NCBI GenBank assembly: GCA_963825005.1
Contig: CAWGRP010000029.1
Location: 192,245-256,244 of the forward strand
Reading direction: 5' to 3'
DNA from: an uncultured delta proteobacterium
GTDB lineage: Bacteria; Desulfobacterota; Syntrophorhabdia; Syntrophorhabdales; WCHB1-27
Length of the DNA stretch: 64,000 nt
The notes under the pieces are model-generated. The model did no database searches and was not told the DNA's origin. It was given only the letters and a program-made list of their open reading frames with translations. Both the position numbers and the translations under genes were made by a program. Numbering within the stretch: the first letter of the stretch is position 1; each line of letters opens with the position of its first letter. This document shows positions 8,061 through 17,815 of this stretch, in pieces.

Positions 8061-8231
8061 ATGGAAAAGATCAGAAGGTTCTTGAAGGATGAGGAAGGTG
8101 CGACCGCTATCGAGTATGGGCTGATTGCCGCTCTGATATCAGTTGCCATCATCGGGAGCGCAACATTGGTCGGTACGAACCTGGCTGCTGTATTTACCAG
8201 AGTGGAAACCGCCCTGGGCGCCGCGCTCTAG
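8061..8231 (+). CDS. flp: Flp/Fap-family pilin (56 aa), not in the supplied ORF track
   Basis: Hand translation: MEKIRRFLKDEEGATAIEYGLIAALISVAIIGSATLVGTNLAAVFTRVETALGAAL*. It contains the Flp motif G/ATAIEYGLIAALI. AAGGAGG lies upstream. It sits directly upstream of cpaA. Confidence 0.85.
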   Translation: MEKIRRFLKDEEGATAIEYGLIAALISVAIIGSATLVGTNLAAVFTRVETALGAAL

Positions 8232-8240
8232 CACACCCGT

Positions 8241-8281
8241 GGGGGATGCATGGTCGCTTCTACAGTGGCCCTGCATCCCCC
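8241..8281 (+). terminator. 10-bp GC-rich stem-loop downstream of flp (attenuator or stabiliser candidate)
   Basis: GGGGGATGCA (8241-8250) pairs with TGCATCCCCC (8272-8281), with a 21-nt loop. No U-tract follows, so it is probably a partial terminator or processing/stability element rather than a canonical intrinsic terminator. Confidence 0.4.
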
Positions 8282-8330
8282 ATCAAACTTCCGGGTTCCT
8301 TAAAGCGCACCCGGAACGGGAGACATAATC

Positions 8331-8852
8331 ATGTATGCCTTGATCTGCCTTGCTATTGTTCTGACAGTCGCGTCCGTCATGGACATCAGAGATCGCCGCG
8401 TTCCCAACTGGATCACCTTTCCAGCGATGGTGACGGGGCTCCTGTATCACTTCCAGGCATCCGGGCCTGAGGGATTACTATTCAGCCTGGAGGGCCTGCT
8501 CCTCGGATTTTGCCTTTTCCTGCCTTTCTACCTGGCAGGCGGCATGGGTGCGGGTGATGTAAAGCTCTTGGCAGCTGTAGGGGCTTTGCTCGGACCCGCC
8601 GGAGTGTTCTGGGCCTGCGTCTGCACCGCGGTTGTAGGTGGTATGTATGCTACCCTCCTCCTTGTTTCAACGTGGTATCGCAGCACGCCATGCCTGCAAT
8701 ACAAAGAGAGGGTACGGACTTTCATCTGGACGCGCAACATCGCAGACCTGAAACTTGACAGAACGAAAAAGATGCCCGTTCTCTGCTACGGGGTAGCAAT
8801 CGCCATTGGCACATTCCTTTCTCTGCTGAGAGGAACTTACGTGAGCTACTGA
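8331..8852 (+). CDS. cpaA: prepilin peptidase CpaA/TadV (A24 family, no methyltransferase domain)
   Basis: Polytopic 173-aa protein with two Asp-containing motifs (SVMDIRDRRVPN; GGMGAGDVKLLAAVG). It lies in a tad locus. Confidence 0.85.
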   Translation: MYALICLAIVLTVASVMDIRDRRVPNWITFPAMVTGLLYHFQASGPEGLLFSLEGLLLGFCLFLPFYLAGGMGAGDVKLLAAVGALLGPAGVFWACVCTAVVGGMYATLLLVSTWYRSTPCLQYKERVRTFIWTRNIADLKLDRTKKMPVLCYGVAIAIGTFLSLLRGTYVSY

Positions 8853-8926
8853 TGGACCGTAGAAGAGACGGCTTAAGCATAGAGGTATCCACATGACATT
8901 TGTAACGAAAGAAAAAGGAGTCTACC

Positions 8927-9805
8927 ATGGGAAAAAATAAGGGATTCATTATACTCGGCATAGGTATATTCAGCGCCCTGATCGTCAGCGTCTTCGCATA
9001 CGGCTGGCTGCAGCAGAAGTCAAGGGTGAAGGTGCAGGCGGTTGAAACACAGCCTGTCGTCGTCTCAGCTATCGACCTGCCGTGGGGCACGGTTCTCACC
9101 AAGGACGTAGTTAAGGTTGAACCCTTTTTGAAAAAGAGCCTGCCGGGCGGCCACTTCATCGATCCAGCGGCCATCGAAAACAGGACGTTGCTCCACCCGG
9201 TAAAAACAGGTGAGTTGATACTGGAGTCAAGGCTTGCCCCCACCAGCGCACAAGGTGGCGGCGTCGGCGCGATCATTACGCCAAAGAAACGCGCTATGGC
9301 CGTGAAAGTGGATAGGGTTGTGGGTGTCTCCGGATTCATTCATCCGGGCAACCGGGTAGATGTCCTGGTAACGCTGGACCAGTCGGGCAAGGTGGCGGCG
9401 CCCATCACAAAGATAGTGCTGGAGAACGTCCTGGTCCTCGCCGCCGGTGCCGAAATGGAAAAAAGCGGAAAGCAGGAAAAGCCGACGCAGGTCGATGTGG
9501 TAACGCTTGAGGTGACGCCGGAAGAAGGCGAGAAGTTGGCTCTCGCTTTCACCGAAGGAAAGCTGCAACTGGCGCTCCGGAATTCGACGGATAACGCCGA
9601 GGTCAACAGCAAGGGGACCACGATCCCCGCCCTGCTCGCGGCGTTCGGCTCAGTCTCGTCAGAGCAGCCCGCCAAACAAAAAGCCAGGGCAGCGGAAACC
9701 AGGAGAGTTCAGCCGGCCCCCGCGCCCGCAAAGCCCCAGATGCTCAGCGTTGAGCTGATAAGGGGAAATACGATGAGCTCCGTAAAATTCGACAAGGGGG
9801 AATAG
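8927..9805 (+). CDS. cpaB: Flp pilus assembly protein CpaB/RcpC
   Basis: N-terminal TM segment, SAF-like region, and the CpaB pattern (GFIHPGNRVDVLVT; IVLENVLVLAAG; LEVTPEEGEKLALA). Confidence 0.85.
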   Translation: MGKNKGFIILGIGIFSALIVSVFAYGWLQQKSRVKVQAVETQPVVVSAIDLPWGTVLTKDVVKVEPFLKKSLPGGHFIDPAAIENRTLLHPVKTGELILESRLAPTSAQGGGVGAIITPKKRAMAVKVDRVVGVSGFIHPGNRVDVLVTLDQSGKVAAPITKIVLENVLVLAAGAEMEKSGKQEKPTQVDVVTLEVTPEEGEKLALAFTEGKLQLALRNSTDNAEVNSKGTTIPALLAAFGSVSSEQPAKQKARAAETRRVQPAPAPAKPQMLSVELIRGNTMSSVKFDKGE

Positions 9806-9809
9806 ACCC

Positions 9810-11279
9810 ATGATATCACGAAATTTCACCAACAACAGTTTCATTGCTGCCGTCTCAACCGTTCTGCTTCTGTCTCTAGTTTTCGCGAGCTGGACCCTGG
9901 CTGCAGGTCCCGAAAGAGTAACAGTCAATACAACGCAGCCGCAGAGGGTAACGATCGCGGCCGGGAAATCGGTCATCATCGAGAGTCCGGACATCATTAG
10001 AAGGGTCTCGGTCGCTGCTCCGAACGTCGCGGACGCGCTTATCCTGACTCCTCATCAGGTCTACCTCACAGGCAGGGACCCCGGAACGACGAATCTTACC
10101 GTGTGGAGTGACAGTGATAGGATAGCGACGATCTTCGATGTTGAAGTAACAGTTGACGTCGCCCGCCTGAAGGCCAAGCTCCACGAGATGTTTCCTCAGG
10201 AGAAGGAGATCCGGGTAACTGCCACGAACGATGGCATCACGCTCACCGGCGTTGTTTCGAGCACTGTAAACCTGTCCCAGGTAGCTGCCCTGGCTGAATC
10301 GTACGTACCCGCCGACAAGGATGGCAAACGGAAAGTCTCCAATCTGCTCGAAGTAGGCGGTGTGAACCAGGTGATGCTTGAAGTGAGGGTTTCGGAAATG
10401 TCGCGATCCCTGGGGAGAAGGCTTGGTTTTAACTTCAGCTTCCTGAGTGCGAGTGGGAACCAGTTCGGCCTGTCCCTTCTCGATAATCTGACACGGCTGC
10501 CCGGCAGCGGTGCGTTCCCGGCCAACCCCCTGAACGTCTCGGATAATATCAATATGATCACACGCTTCCTCGGAGCCGGGGCCTCCTGGACCGTCTTTAT
10601 CGACGCACTCAAGGACCAGGGTCTCATTAAGGTACTGGCTGAGCCGACGCTCATCACGCTGAGCGGAAAGCAGGCGCATTTTCTGGCAGGAGGTGAGTTC
10701 CCGATCCCTATTCCTCAGCCGTCAGCCGCGGGTTCCATCATCACGATCCAGTATAAACCGTTCGGGGTTGGCCTCAACTTCACTCCGACGGTGTTGAGCA
10801 ATAATAAAATCAGCATACAGGTGGCTCCTGAAGTATCGGAGCTTGACTTTTCCCAGGCGATCGCAATGCAGGGATTTGTGATTCCAAGTATCACCACGCG
10901 TCGCGTTTCCACCACGGTCGAGCTGGCCGACGGCCAGAGCTTCGCAATTGCCGGCCTCTTGAAGGACGAAGTGCGTGAGGATATACGGAAATATCCTCTC
11001 CTCGGAGATATCCCGATATTGGGCGCCCTGTTCAGAAGTACTTCGTACCTGAAGAACGAGACCGAACTGGTCATCATTGTTACGCCGCATCTTGTAAAGC
11101 CCCTTGACATGGCCAAGCAGACATTGCCGACGGATCAGTTGATTGAGCCTGACGACTTTGAATTCTATGTGCTTGGAAGGCTTGAAGGGAAAGCGGAGAC
11201 TAATGATGCTCCGCGTGCGGCTCTGTCAACAACCGGCCGCGGTGGTCTCGAAGGCGGTTTCGGCCACATAGTTCCGTAA
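9810..11279 (+). CDS. cpaC: Flp pilus secretin CpaC/RcpA
   Basis: Signal peptide, N-terminal BON-like region, and a secretin core (LAEPTLITLSGKQAHFLAGGEFPIP ... TTVELADGQSFAIAGLL ... IPILGALFRS ... ELVIIVTPHLV). Confidence 0.9.
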   Translation: MISRNFTNNSFIAAVSTVLLLSLVFASWTLAAGPERVTVNTTQPQRVTIAAGKSVIIESPDIIRRVSVAAPNVADALILTPHQVYLTGRDPGTTNLTVWSDSDRIATIFDVEVTVDVARLKAKLHEMFPQEKEIRVTATNDGITLTGVVSSTVNLSQVAALAESYVPADKDGKRKVSNLLEVGGVNQVMLEVRVSEMSRSLGRRLGFNFSFLSASGNQFGLSLLDNLTRLPGSGAFPANPLNVSDNINMITRFLGAGASWTVFIDALKDQGLIKVLAEPTLITLSGKQAHFLAGGEFPIPIPQPSAAGSIITIQYKPFGVGLNFTPTVLSNNKISIQVAPEVSELDFSQAIAMQGFVIPSITTRRVSTTVELADGQSFAIAGLLKDEVREDIRKYPLLGDIPILGALFRSTSYLKNETELVIIVTPHLVKPLDMAKQTLPTDQLIEPDDFEFYVLGRLEGKAETNDAPRAALSTTGRGGLEGGFGHIVP

Positions 11280-11299
11280 CAAAACAAAAGGAGGAAAAG

Positions 11300-11587
11300 A
11301 TGAAACGAGGATTTTACACACTACTGAGCGTAATGACCGGCGCCGTACTGCTTGCGGGCTGCACCAATAGCATGACCGGCAGGGTACAAATGGACTATGG
11401 TACGTCATATCAGCTGGCTAAACATAACCAGATCCTGAATCCTGACGCTGAAAAGAACCTGGGCCCGGTTTATGGATTTGAGGGTAATGCGGCTCAGGCG
11501 ACCCTGGGGAAGTATGAGAAGAGCTTCACGAAAGAAAATGTTGCGCCCGTGTATAGCATTAACATAGGTGGTACGGCGTTCAAATAA
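11300..11587 (+). CDS. small lipoprotein of the tad locus
   Basis: Lipobox LLAGC after a signal peptide. Its position after the secretin gene matches RcpB/CpaD-type lipoproteins, but I did not recognise a sequence family. Confidence 0.55.
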   Translation: MKRGFYTLLSVMTGAVLLAGCTNSMTGRVQMDYGTSYQLAKHNQILNPDAEKNLGPVYGFEGNAAQATLGKYEKSFTKENVAPVYSINIGGTAFK

Positions 11588-11607
11588 TGGTGCGTGAGGT
11601 GACCAAG

Positions 11608-12118
11608 ATGAAGGCGTTGAGATCTCGCAAAGGCACGGCAGTCATTGAGTTTGCCCTGCTGCTTCCCATGCTGGTACGCGTATGACGGTAGTACGTACAA
11701 ACCCAACGCGTCAGACGAGCGCAAAATGATAGACGCCATCGCGGCAGGAACTTACGCCTCCCCGGCAACGACCGCGCGAAAAACGCAGTACGATTTTACA
11801 AACGGAACTCTCGCAAGCGTATTTACACATAACACTATACAAGATCTCTTCAATGTGATGAAAGTGAAAAATGATGGCATACATGACATGGACAAAGATC
11901 CAACCACGTGGACAACAGCGATCGCGGTTTACGATTCGCCGGATTGTAGCCCAAACGGCCTTATAACCATAGCAGGATTTGCCACCATCACCATTACCAG
12001 TGTCAGTGGGCCTCCTGCGAGTATGGTATACGCTCAGGTCAAATGCGACAACGTGGAGTCGGGGCGCGGAGGCGGCGGCAACTACGGGACCAAAGGTTCC
12101 ATTCCCGGCCTGGTTTAA
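11608..12118 (+). pseudogene. TadE/TadG-like pseudopilin, N-terminal motif separated from the body by a frame break
   Basis: ATG 11608 gives MKALRSRKGTAVIEFALLLPMLVRV* (stop at 11683-11685). The +1 frame (ORF 11645..12118) continues with ...ITIAGFATITITSVSGPPASMVYAQVKCDNVESGRGGGGNYGTKGSIPGLV. Most of the usual TM helix appears to be missing. Confidence 0.5.
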
Positions 12119-12255
12119 TAGAGAAGTCGGCGTCGATATGCTTCGATGCCTGGTTAGGTTGCACGGTAGACCATATAACCTGAAGGAAGGACAGACGAAG
12201 AGAACTTCGGTGTCCTGGCTACGGTACCGGTCCTCGTGAACTAAAGGAGCTCGTC

Positions 12256-13410
12256 ATGGAACAGATCAATCACACCATAAGGATACAGACCAGGGAGCCG
12301 GCAACACTGGCGATGTTCGAAAGAGTGGCGGCTACGGTCGGTGGTTTTCAATTTCAGGCGCCCGGTGCCTCCGGCCCCTGTGATTTGCTGATCATCGAAC
12401 TCGGGGATGAGCCTGAAAAGGATTTTCATCGCCTGTCTGCTGTCCAGGCCTCAGCAGGCGCAAAGGAGATCTTTTTGACGGCATCAACAACGGACCCGGC
12501 AATGCTGATCAGGGCGCTTCGAGCAGGTGTCAAAGAATTCTTCCCGCAGCCCATCAATCAACGCGATGTGGAAGACGCCCTTTTGAACTTCAAAGGACAC
12601 AAAGCGATTGCGAAAGCAGCACCGGTTAAAAAAGGCCAGATCATAGACGTACTCGGCGTCAAGGGTGGCGTGGGCACAACCACGGTTGCGGTAAATCTTG
12701 CGGGGAGCCTGGCCAGTTCAGGGGGTGGACCCTCGGTGGCGCTTCTGGACCTGAACCTGCTCCTGGGAGAAGTACCATTGTTTCTAAATGTGAAACCCGT
12801 CTTTGACTGGATGGAGGTGGCGAGAAATATTTCCAGGCTCGACAATACCTACTTGATGAGCATTCTCCTGAAACATGCTTCAGGGGTTCATGTGTTGCCT
12901 TCGCCTGCCAGACTGACTGAGGGACAGACGTCTCTCCCGGAGGTGATCGAGACCCTTATTACGCTCATGCAGCAGTTATTCGACTTCATCGTCGTCGACA
13001 GCGGCCGGTCCGTTGATGATATGGCAAAAGCAGTACTGAAAACGGCGGACAGACTTCTGCTCGTGGCAACACCCGGTCTTCCCTGCATTGTTAACCTGGA
13101 CAGGCTTCTGAACGTATTCAAGACGCTGGGCTATCCGCCAGAACAACATATCGAAATAGTCGTCAACCGGTTCGACCAGAGTGCTGCTATTTCACTGGAT
13201 GAAGCTGAGCAAACCCTGGGAAAGAAGATCTCGTGGCATCTTCCCAACGATTATCGAAATGCCAGTAATGCAATAAAAAACGGGGAACCATTGAGTGTCG
13301 TGGCGCGCGGGAGCAAGCTTACCAAGGGTATCGGTTTTATGGCCGCAACCTTTACCGGAAAGAGCGGACAGAGGCCTAAAGCGAAAAGGGCCTTTTTCGG
13401 GCTCGTCTAA
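12256..13410 (+). CDS. cpaE: pilus assembly ATPase-like protein CpaE/TadZ
   Basis: A receiver-like N-domain is followed by a MinD/ParA-type deviant Walker A (VLGVKGGVGTTTVAVNLA). Confidence 0.85.
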   Translation: MEQINHTIRIQTREPATLAMFERVAATVGGFQFQAPGASGPCDLLIIELGDEPEKDFHRLSAVQASAGAKEIFLTASTTDPAMLIRALRAGVKEFFPQPINQRDVEDALLNFKGHKAIAKAAPVKKGQIIDVLGVKGGVGTTTVAVNLAGSLASSGGGPSVALLDLNLLLGEVPLFLNVKPVFDWMEVARNISRLDNTYLMSILLKHASGVHVLPSPARLTEGQTSLPEVIETLITLMQQLFDFIVVDSGRSVDDMAKAVLKTADRLLLVATPGLPCIVNLDRLLNVFKTLGYPPEQHIEIVVNRFDQSAAISLDEAEQTLGKKISWHLPNDYRNASNAIKNGEPLSVVARGSKLTKGIGFMAATFTGKSGQRPKAKRAFFGLV

Positions 13411-13435
13411 CAAATAGCGATCAGGAGGTGAGTTT

Positions 13436-14809
13436 ATGAAGCTGATCCACGGAAAGTCGACCGGACTCCAGGCGAGCCCGGAGTTTAAGACAAAGTTGAC
13501 CGGACTCCAGGCGAGCCCGGAATACAATGAGTTTAAGACAAAGGTTCACGACCGGCTCATCGATATTCTCGATCTATCGATCATCGACGCTCTCGACCGT
13601 GACCTGCTGAAGAAAGAGATCAGAAGCGTAATCGAAGGAATTCTCGCCTCAGATGCATGTATCATCCCTCTCAATTCGCAGGAAAAGGAGCAGTTTGTAA
13701 GAGAAATCGTCGACGAGGTTCTGGGGCTCGGACCGATAGAGCCCCTCATGTGTGACCCGACCGTAACCGATATCCTGGTGAACACCCACAGGCAGGTTTA
13801 CGTTGAGCGTTACGGGAAGCTCCACCTCACGACCGCCCGATTCAAGGACGAGGTCCACCTGAGGAAGATCATCGACAAGATCGTGTCAGCCGTCGGGCGG
13901 CGTATCGATGAATCGGTCCCTATGGTTGACGCCCGGCTGGCCGACGGGTCACGCGTCAACGCCATCGTGCCTCCGCTTGCCATAGACGGTGCGATGCTCT
14001 CTATCAGGCGGTTTGCGGCAGACCCGCTTGAAATTGACGACCTGATCACGTTGACAACCCTTACGACTGAGTTCGGAGAGTTGCTCAAGGGCATCGTCAG
14101 AGCACGGCTGAACGTACTTATTTCAGGCGGCACCGGAACCGGGAAAACCACCCTCCTCAACGTGCTCTCCCGCTTTATCCCTTCTGACGAAAGGATAATA
14201 ACCATCGAAGATTCGGCGGAACTGCAAATGAAGCAGGAACACGTTGTACGACTGGAGACGAAGTCCGCCAACATCGAAGGCAAGGGAGAAATCACCCAGC
14301 GGGACCTGGTGCGAAACAGCCTGCGCATGCGCCCTGACCGCATCATCGTGGGCGAAGTAAGAAGCGAGGAGGTTCTCGATATGCTTCAGGCGATGAATAC
14401 GGGCCATGACGGATCGCTCACCACCATACATGCCAATTCACCCCGCGATGCGCTCCTGAGGCTGGAAACCCTTGTCGCAATGTCAGGGCTTAACATACCG
14501 AATGACGCCGTACGGCGGTACATAAGTTCGGCCCTGGACGTCATCATTCAGGTCAGCCGCCTCGTTGACGGGAGCAGAAAACTCGTCTCCCTGGAGGAGA
14601 TCGTCGGGATGGAAGGAAACGTGGTTACCATGCAGGAGATCTTCCGTTTTGAGCAGACGGGAATCGATTCCAACGGCAGAGTGAAAGGCGCTTTCATCAG
14701 CACGGGCGTTATGCCGAAGTTTATCGAGCGGTTCAAATCCCTGGGTGTGCCTGTGCCCCACGAGATGTTCGGCCCGGTAAAGCCCGTCTCATACGGGAGG
14801 GAAAGATGA
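13436..14809 (+). CDS. cpaF: Flp pilus secretion ATPase CpaF/TadA
   Basis: Walker [12 protein letters not shown], Asp box [11 protein letters not shown], Walker B/His box [13 protein letters not shown] ... [12 protein letters not shown]. The true start is uncertain because the 5' end carries a tandem duplication. Confidence 0.9.
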   Translation: MKLIHGKSTGLQASPEFKTKLTGLQASPEYNEFKTKVHDRLIDILDLSIIDALDRDLLKKEIRSVIEGILASDACIIPLNSQEKEQFVREIVDEVLGLGPIEPLMCDPTVTDILVNTHRQVYVERYGKLHLTTARFKDEVHLRKIIDKIVSAVGRRIDESVPMVDARLADGSRVNAIVPPLAIDGAMLSIRRFAADPLEIDDLITLTTLTTEFGELLKGIVRARLNVLISGGTGTGKTTLLNVLSRFIPSDERIITIEDSAELQMKQEHVVRLETKSANIEGKGEITQRDLVRNSLRMRPDRIIVGEVRSEEVLDMLQAMNTGHDGSLTTIHANSPRDALLRLETLVAMSGLNIPNDAVRRYISSALDVIIQVSRLVDGSRKLVSLEEIVGMEGNVVTMQEIFRFEQTGIDSNGRVKGAFISTGVMPKFIERFKSLGVPVPHEMFGPVKPVSYGRER

Positions 14810-15774
14810 ACCTGATCATAGCAGCCTTCATCTTCATCTGCGTGCTCTGCATTGTTGAGGGTCTCTGTCTGATACTGAGAAGCAAGTGGGACCCAGGAGT
14901 AAAAAGGGTGAAGCAACAGCTCCAGAGCCTGTCCGCGGAGCGAAAAGCGAATCGTGCAAACGGTAGCATCGTACGAAACAGGCCTCTCAGCTCCATACCC
15001 CGGCTTAACCGCATGCTGAGCAGTATGCCGCTCATGCTCAAGCTCGATACCCTTCTTCTCCAGGCTAACTCGCGCCAGCCTCTGGGTGTCTTCCTTCTCC
15101 TCACGTTCGTTCTCGGTCTGGCCGGATTTTATCTGGTTTCCACGCTGGCGAGGGACATGCTCCCCGCCTTTCCCGTGGCCATCGTAATGGGCGGTCTCCC
15201 GTTCTTCCGTCTCTTTATGCAGAAGAAAAGCCGGATGAAGAAATTTGAAGCACAATTACCCGAAGCGCTGGAATTGATGGCGCGATCACTCAGGGCTGGC
15301 CACGCTTTTGTCGGCGGTCTCCAGATGGCAGCACAAGAGTTTGATGAGCCGATAGGGCCCGAGATTCAGAAAACCGTTGCCCAGATCAACCTCGGCATTA
15401 GTGTGGAGCAGGCCTTGAAAAATCTTACCGAGCGCGTGGATTGTCAGGACCTGAAGTTCCTTGCGGTCTCCATCATAATTCAGAGGGAAAGTGGAGGGAA
15501 CCTGGCAGAGATCCTGGAAAATGTGGGTACTCTCATTCGGGCGAGAGCTAAGCTGCGCGGGAAAATCCGTACTTTCTCAGCAGAAGGAAAGATGTCGGCG
15601 ATCATATTGACCGGTATCCCTTTCGCTATAGCACTGATCCTTGCCCTCATCAATCCCGAGTATCCGAGGGTTCTATTGACCGATCCGATAGGCAAGGCGC
15701 TGATCGTTGTTGCCTTAATAATGATGGCCGTTGGTATGGCCGTGATGAAGAAGATGATTGCAATAAAAGTATAG
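14806..15774 (+). CDS. tadB: Flp pilus inner-membrane platform protein TadB
   Basis: T2SS-F-type domain ([23 protein letters not shown]) with flanking TM segments. The start overlaps the cpaF stop. Confidence 0.85.
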   Translation: MNLIIAAFIFICVLCIVEGLCLILRSKWDPGVKRVKQQLQSLSAERKANRANGSIVRNRPLSSIPRLNRMLSSMPLMLKLDTLLLQANSRQPLGVFLLLTFVLGLAGFYLVSTLARDMLPAFPVAIVMGGLPFFRLFMQKKSRMKKFEAQLPEALELMARSLRAGHAFVGGLQMAAQEFDEPIGPEIQKTVAQINLGISVEQALKNLTERVDCQDLKFLAVSIIIQRESGGNLAEILENVGTLIRARAKLRGKIRTFSAEGKMSAIILTGIPFAIALILALINPEYPRVLLTDPIGKALIVVALIMMAVGMAVMKKMIAIKV

Positions 15775-15779
15775 GAGGG

Positions 15780-16736
15780 ATGTTCATGACTGCTCCTGTT
15801 TTGATATCCATTATGATTTTCGGCACCTTGACGCTCTTGATGCTTGGAATAGCCGCGTGCCTCCGCTATGCAGGCGAGCGTCACAAGCTACTGGTGCGGG
15901 TCGAGAGCGGACGAGCCGGTACTGTTTCTGAGCCCGCTGCCCCATCTGGCGCACTGGGCTTGCCCTTCAGGAATTACGTGCGAGGCGTCGCAGCAAAACT
16001 GGGAGATTTAACAAAGCCAAAAAGTGAAGAGGAGCTGGCGCGCATCAACAGGAAATTTATTCGGGCGGGTTACCGAAGGAAGAATATGACCGTTCTCTTT
16101 TTCGGGGCGAAGGTGCTCTGCGCGTCTCTTCTATTAATCGGCTTTCTGTTCACTCAGCTTTTCATAACCAGACATATGACCGTCGTGGGCCTCACGTTTG
16201 TAACGCTTGGGCTCGTCGCGAGCGGCTTTTATCTTCCCAACCTCTGGCTGAACCTTAAGGTTTCGAGGCGAAGAGAGCAGCTAACTCGCGGCCTTCCCGA
16301 CACGCTCGACCTGCTGGTCGTCTGTGTCGAAGCCGGCATGGCCCTTGACGCGGCCATTAACCGGGTGGGGGAGGAGATGAAACTGAGTAATAGAGCCATG
16401 AGCGAAGAGTTCAAGCTCCTCAATCTGGAATTGCGCGCCGGAAAGTCACGCCGGGACGCCCTGAAGAATCTGGCTTTCAGGACAGGCCTCGACGATGTTA
16501 ACAGTCTTGTGACTCTTCTGGTCCAAACGGAAAAATTCGGCACCAATGTCGGGCAGGCGCTTCGTGTGCAATCCGACTCGATGAGAACGAAAAGGTCACA
16601 GCACGGGGAGGAGCTTGCTGCCAAACTACCGGTGAAACTTCTGTTCCCGACTATCTTCTTCATATTCCCGTCCTTATTTCTTGTGATGATGGGGCCGGCG
16701 CTTATACAGGCCTACCGAATTTTGATAGGCAGATGA
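15780..16736 (+). CDS. tadC: Flp pilus inner-membrane platform protein TadC
   Basis: T2SS-F-type domain (LPDTLDLLVVCVEAGMALDAAI) with TM segments at both ends. Confidence 0.85.
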   Translation: MFMTAPVLISIMIFGTLTLLMLGIAACLRYAGERHKLLVRVESGRAGTVSEPAAPSGALGLPFRNYVRGVAAKLGDLTKPKSEEELARINRKFIRAGYRRKNMTVLFFGAKVLCASLLLIGFLFTQLFITRHMTVVGLTFVTLGLVASGFYLPNLWLNLKVSRRREQLTRGLPDTLDLLVVCVEAGMALDAAINRVGEEMKLSNRAMSEEFKLLNLELRAGKSRRDALKNLAFRTGLDDVNSLVTLLVQTEKFGTNVGQALRVQSDSMRTKRSQHGEELAAKLPVKLLFPTIFFIFPSLFLVMMGPALIQAYRILIGR

Positions 16737-17815
16737 TTTCAAAGGAGAGACTGGAAACTGGAGAAATCTCCGCGAGGGGGAGAAAGATGATAGGCAGACA
16801 TCGAGGATTCACGCGCGTTTTGGTCTTCATACTCATATGCGGTTTTACCTGCTGCTTTCTATGGAACTGTTCCGGCACAGGCAAGGCAAGCAGTCTGTTC
16901 ACGTTCTGGCGCTCAGACGAGCGAAACAGCGGACCTGACGAGAAGGAGATCGCCAGTTTTATTTCAACGGTCCGGCCTCCCCAGGGGAATGCTGATGCCC
17001 ATTACAATCTTGCGCGCTATCTCGTGGAAAGGGGAAAGTACAAGGAGGCATTAGCAGAATTCAATAAGGTCGCGGCGATACGTCCGGGATCCGCACGTGC
17101 CTACAATGGGCTGGGCGTCTGCTACGACAATCTCGGAGATTTTCGGAGGGCCATGGAAGCTTATAGGACGGCCTTGAGCATCGACCCGAGCCTGGATTTC
17201 GTCTACAATAACATCGGCTGCTGTCTGACCCTCCAGAAGAAATATGATGAAGCCGTGGACGCTTTCAAGAAAGCAATGGTCCTGAACGATCAGAATCCCC
17301 GTTATCACACCAACCTGGGGACAGCCTATGCTCTGGCTGGAAACCACGACCTCGCCGCTCGGGAGTTTGAACTGGGCGGCGCTAAGCCTGTAGCTGAAAG
17401 CGCCGCGGCCCGGACCCAAGACCAACCGACCAATTTTCAGGCTTCCGCTAATGACGAGAAACGGGAGATCGCCAGTACCTTGCAGGGCACGGCCGACCCG
17501 CTGTCTGCCAGTGGCCGGATCGAACTCCTGAACGGAAATGGCGTAAACGGTATGGCAAGAAGGATGCGCGCTTACCTGGAGGAACGAGGCTTCAAGGTCG
17601 TCAGGTGTGCCAACGCTGACAACTTCGATTACCTTCAAACGAGCCTTTATTACCGCAAAGAAGGTCTGGAAGCTGCACAACAACTCCTCACACGGATACC
17701 GGATATTAAGAATGTTAAAGAAGTGAAAAGGCTTGAACGCAACGACAGCACCATCAAAATAGTGATGGGCAGGGATCTGAAGCCCTTCAAGAACGAGTTG
17801 GAAGGAGAACGCTAA
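16733..17815 (+). CDS. TPR-repeat protein with C-terminal LytR_C-like domain
   Basis: ATGA overlap with tadC. TPR repeats (AHYNLARYL..., AYNGLGVCY..., VYNNIGCCL..., YHTNLGTAY...). The C-terminus GRIELLNGNGVNGMARRMRAYLEERGFKV...IKIVMGRDL matches the LytR_C pattern. Confidence 0.7.
   Translation: MISKERLETGEISARGRKMIGRHRGFTRVLVFILICGFTCCFLWNCSGTGKASSLFTFWRSDERNSGPDEKEIASFISTVRPPQGNADAHYNLARYLVERGKYKEALAEFNKVAAIRPGSARAYNGLGVCYDNLGDFRRAMEAYRTALSIDPSLDFVYNNIGCCLTLQKKYDEAVDAFKKAMVLNDQNPRYHTNLGTAYALAGNHDLAAREFELGGAKPVAESAAARTQDQPTNFQASANDEKREIASTLQGTADPLSASGRIELLNGNGVNGMARRMRAYLEERGFKVVRCANADNFDYLQTSLYYRKEGLEAAQQLLTRIPDIKNVKEVKRLERNDSTIKIVMGRDLKPFKNELEGER

Noticed and set aside
9876-10679. Long antisense ORFs opposite well-supported genes (9876..10679, 14548..15255, 24997..25704, 29527..30411, 40743..41453, 43794..44522, 56517..57017 and similar).
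   Set aside because: Each lies entirely within, and antisense to, a gene with strong family motifs. Their translations are low-complexity and rich in Arg, Pro, Ser or His, with no recognisable domains. They are typical shadow ORFs of GC-rich DNA.
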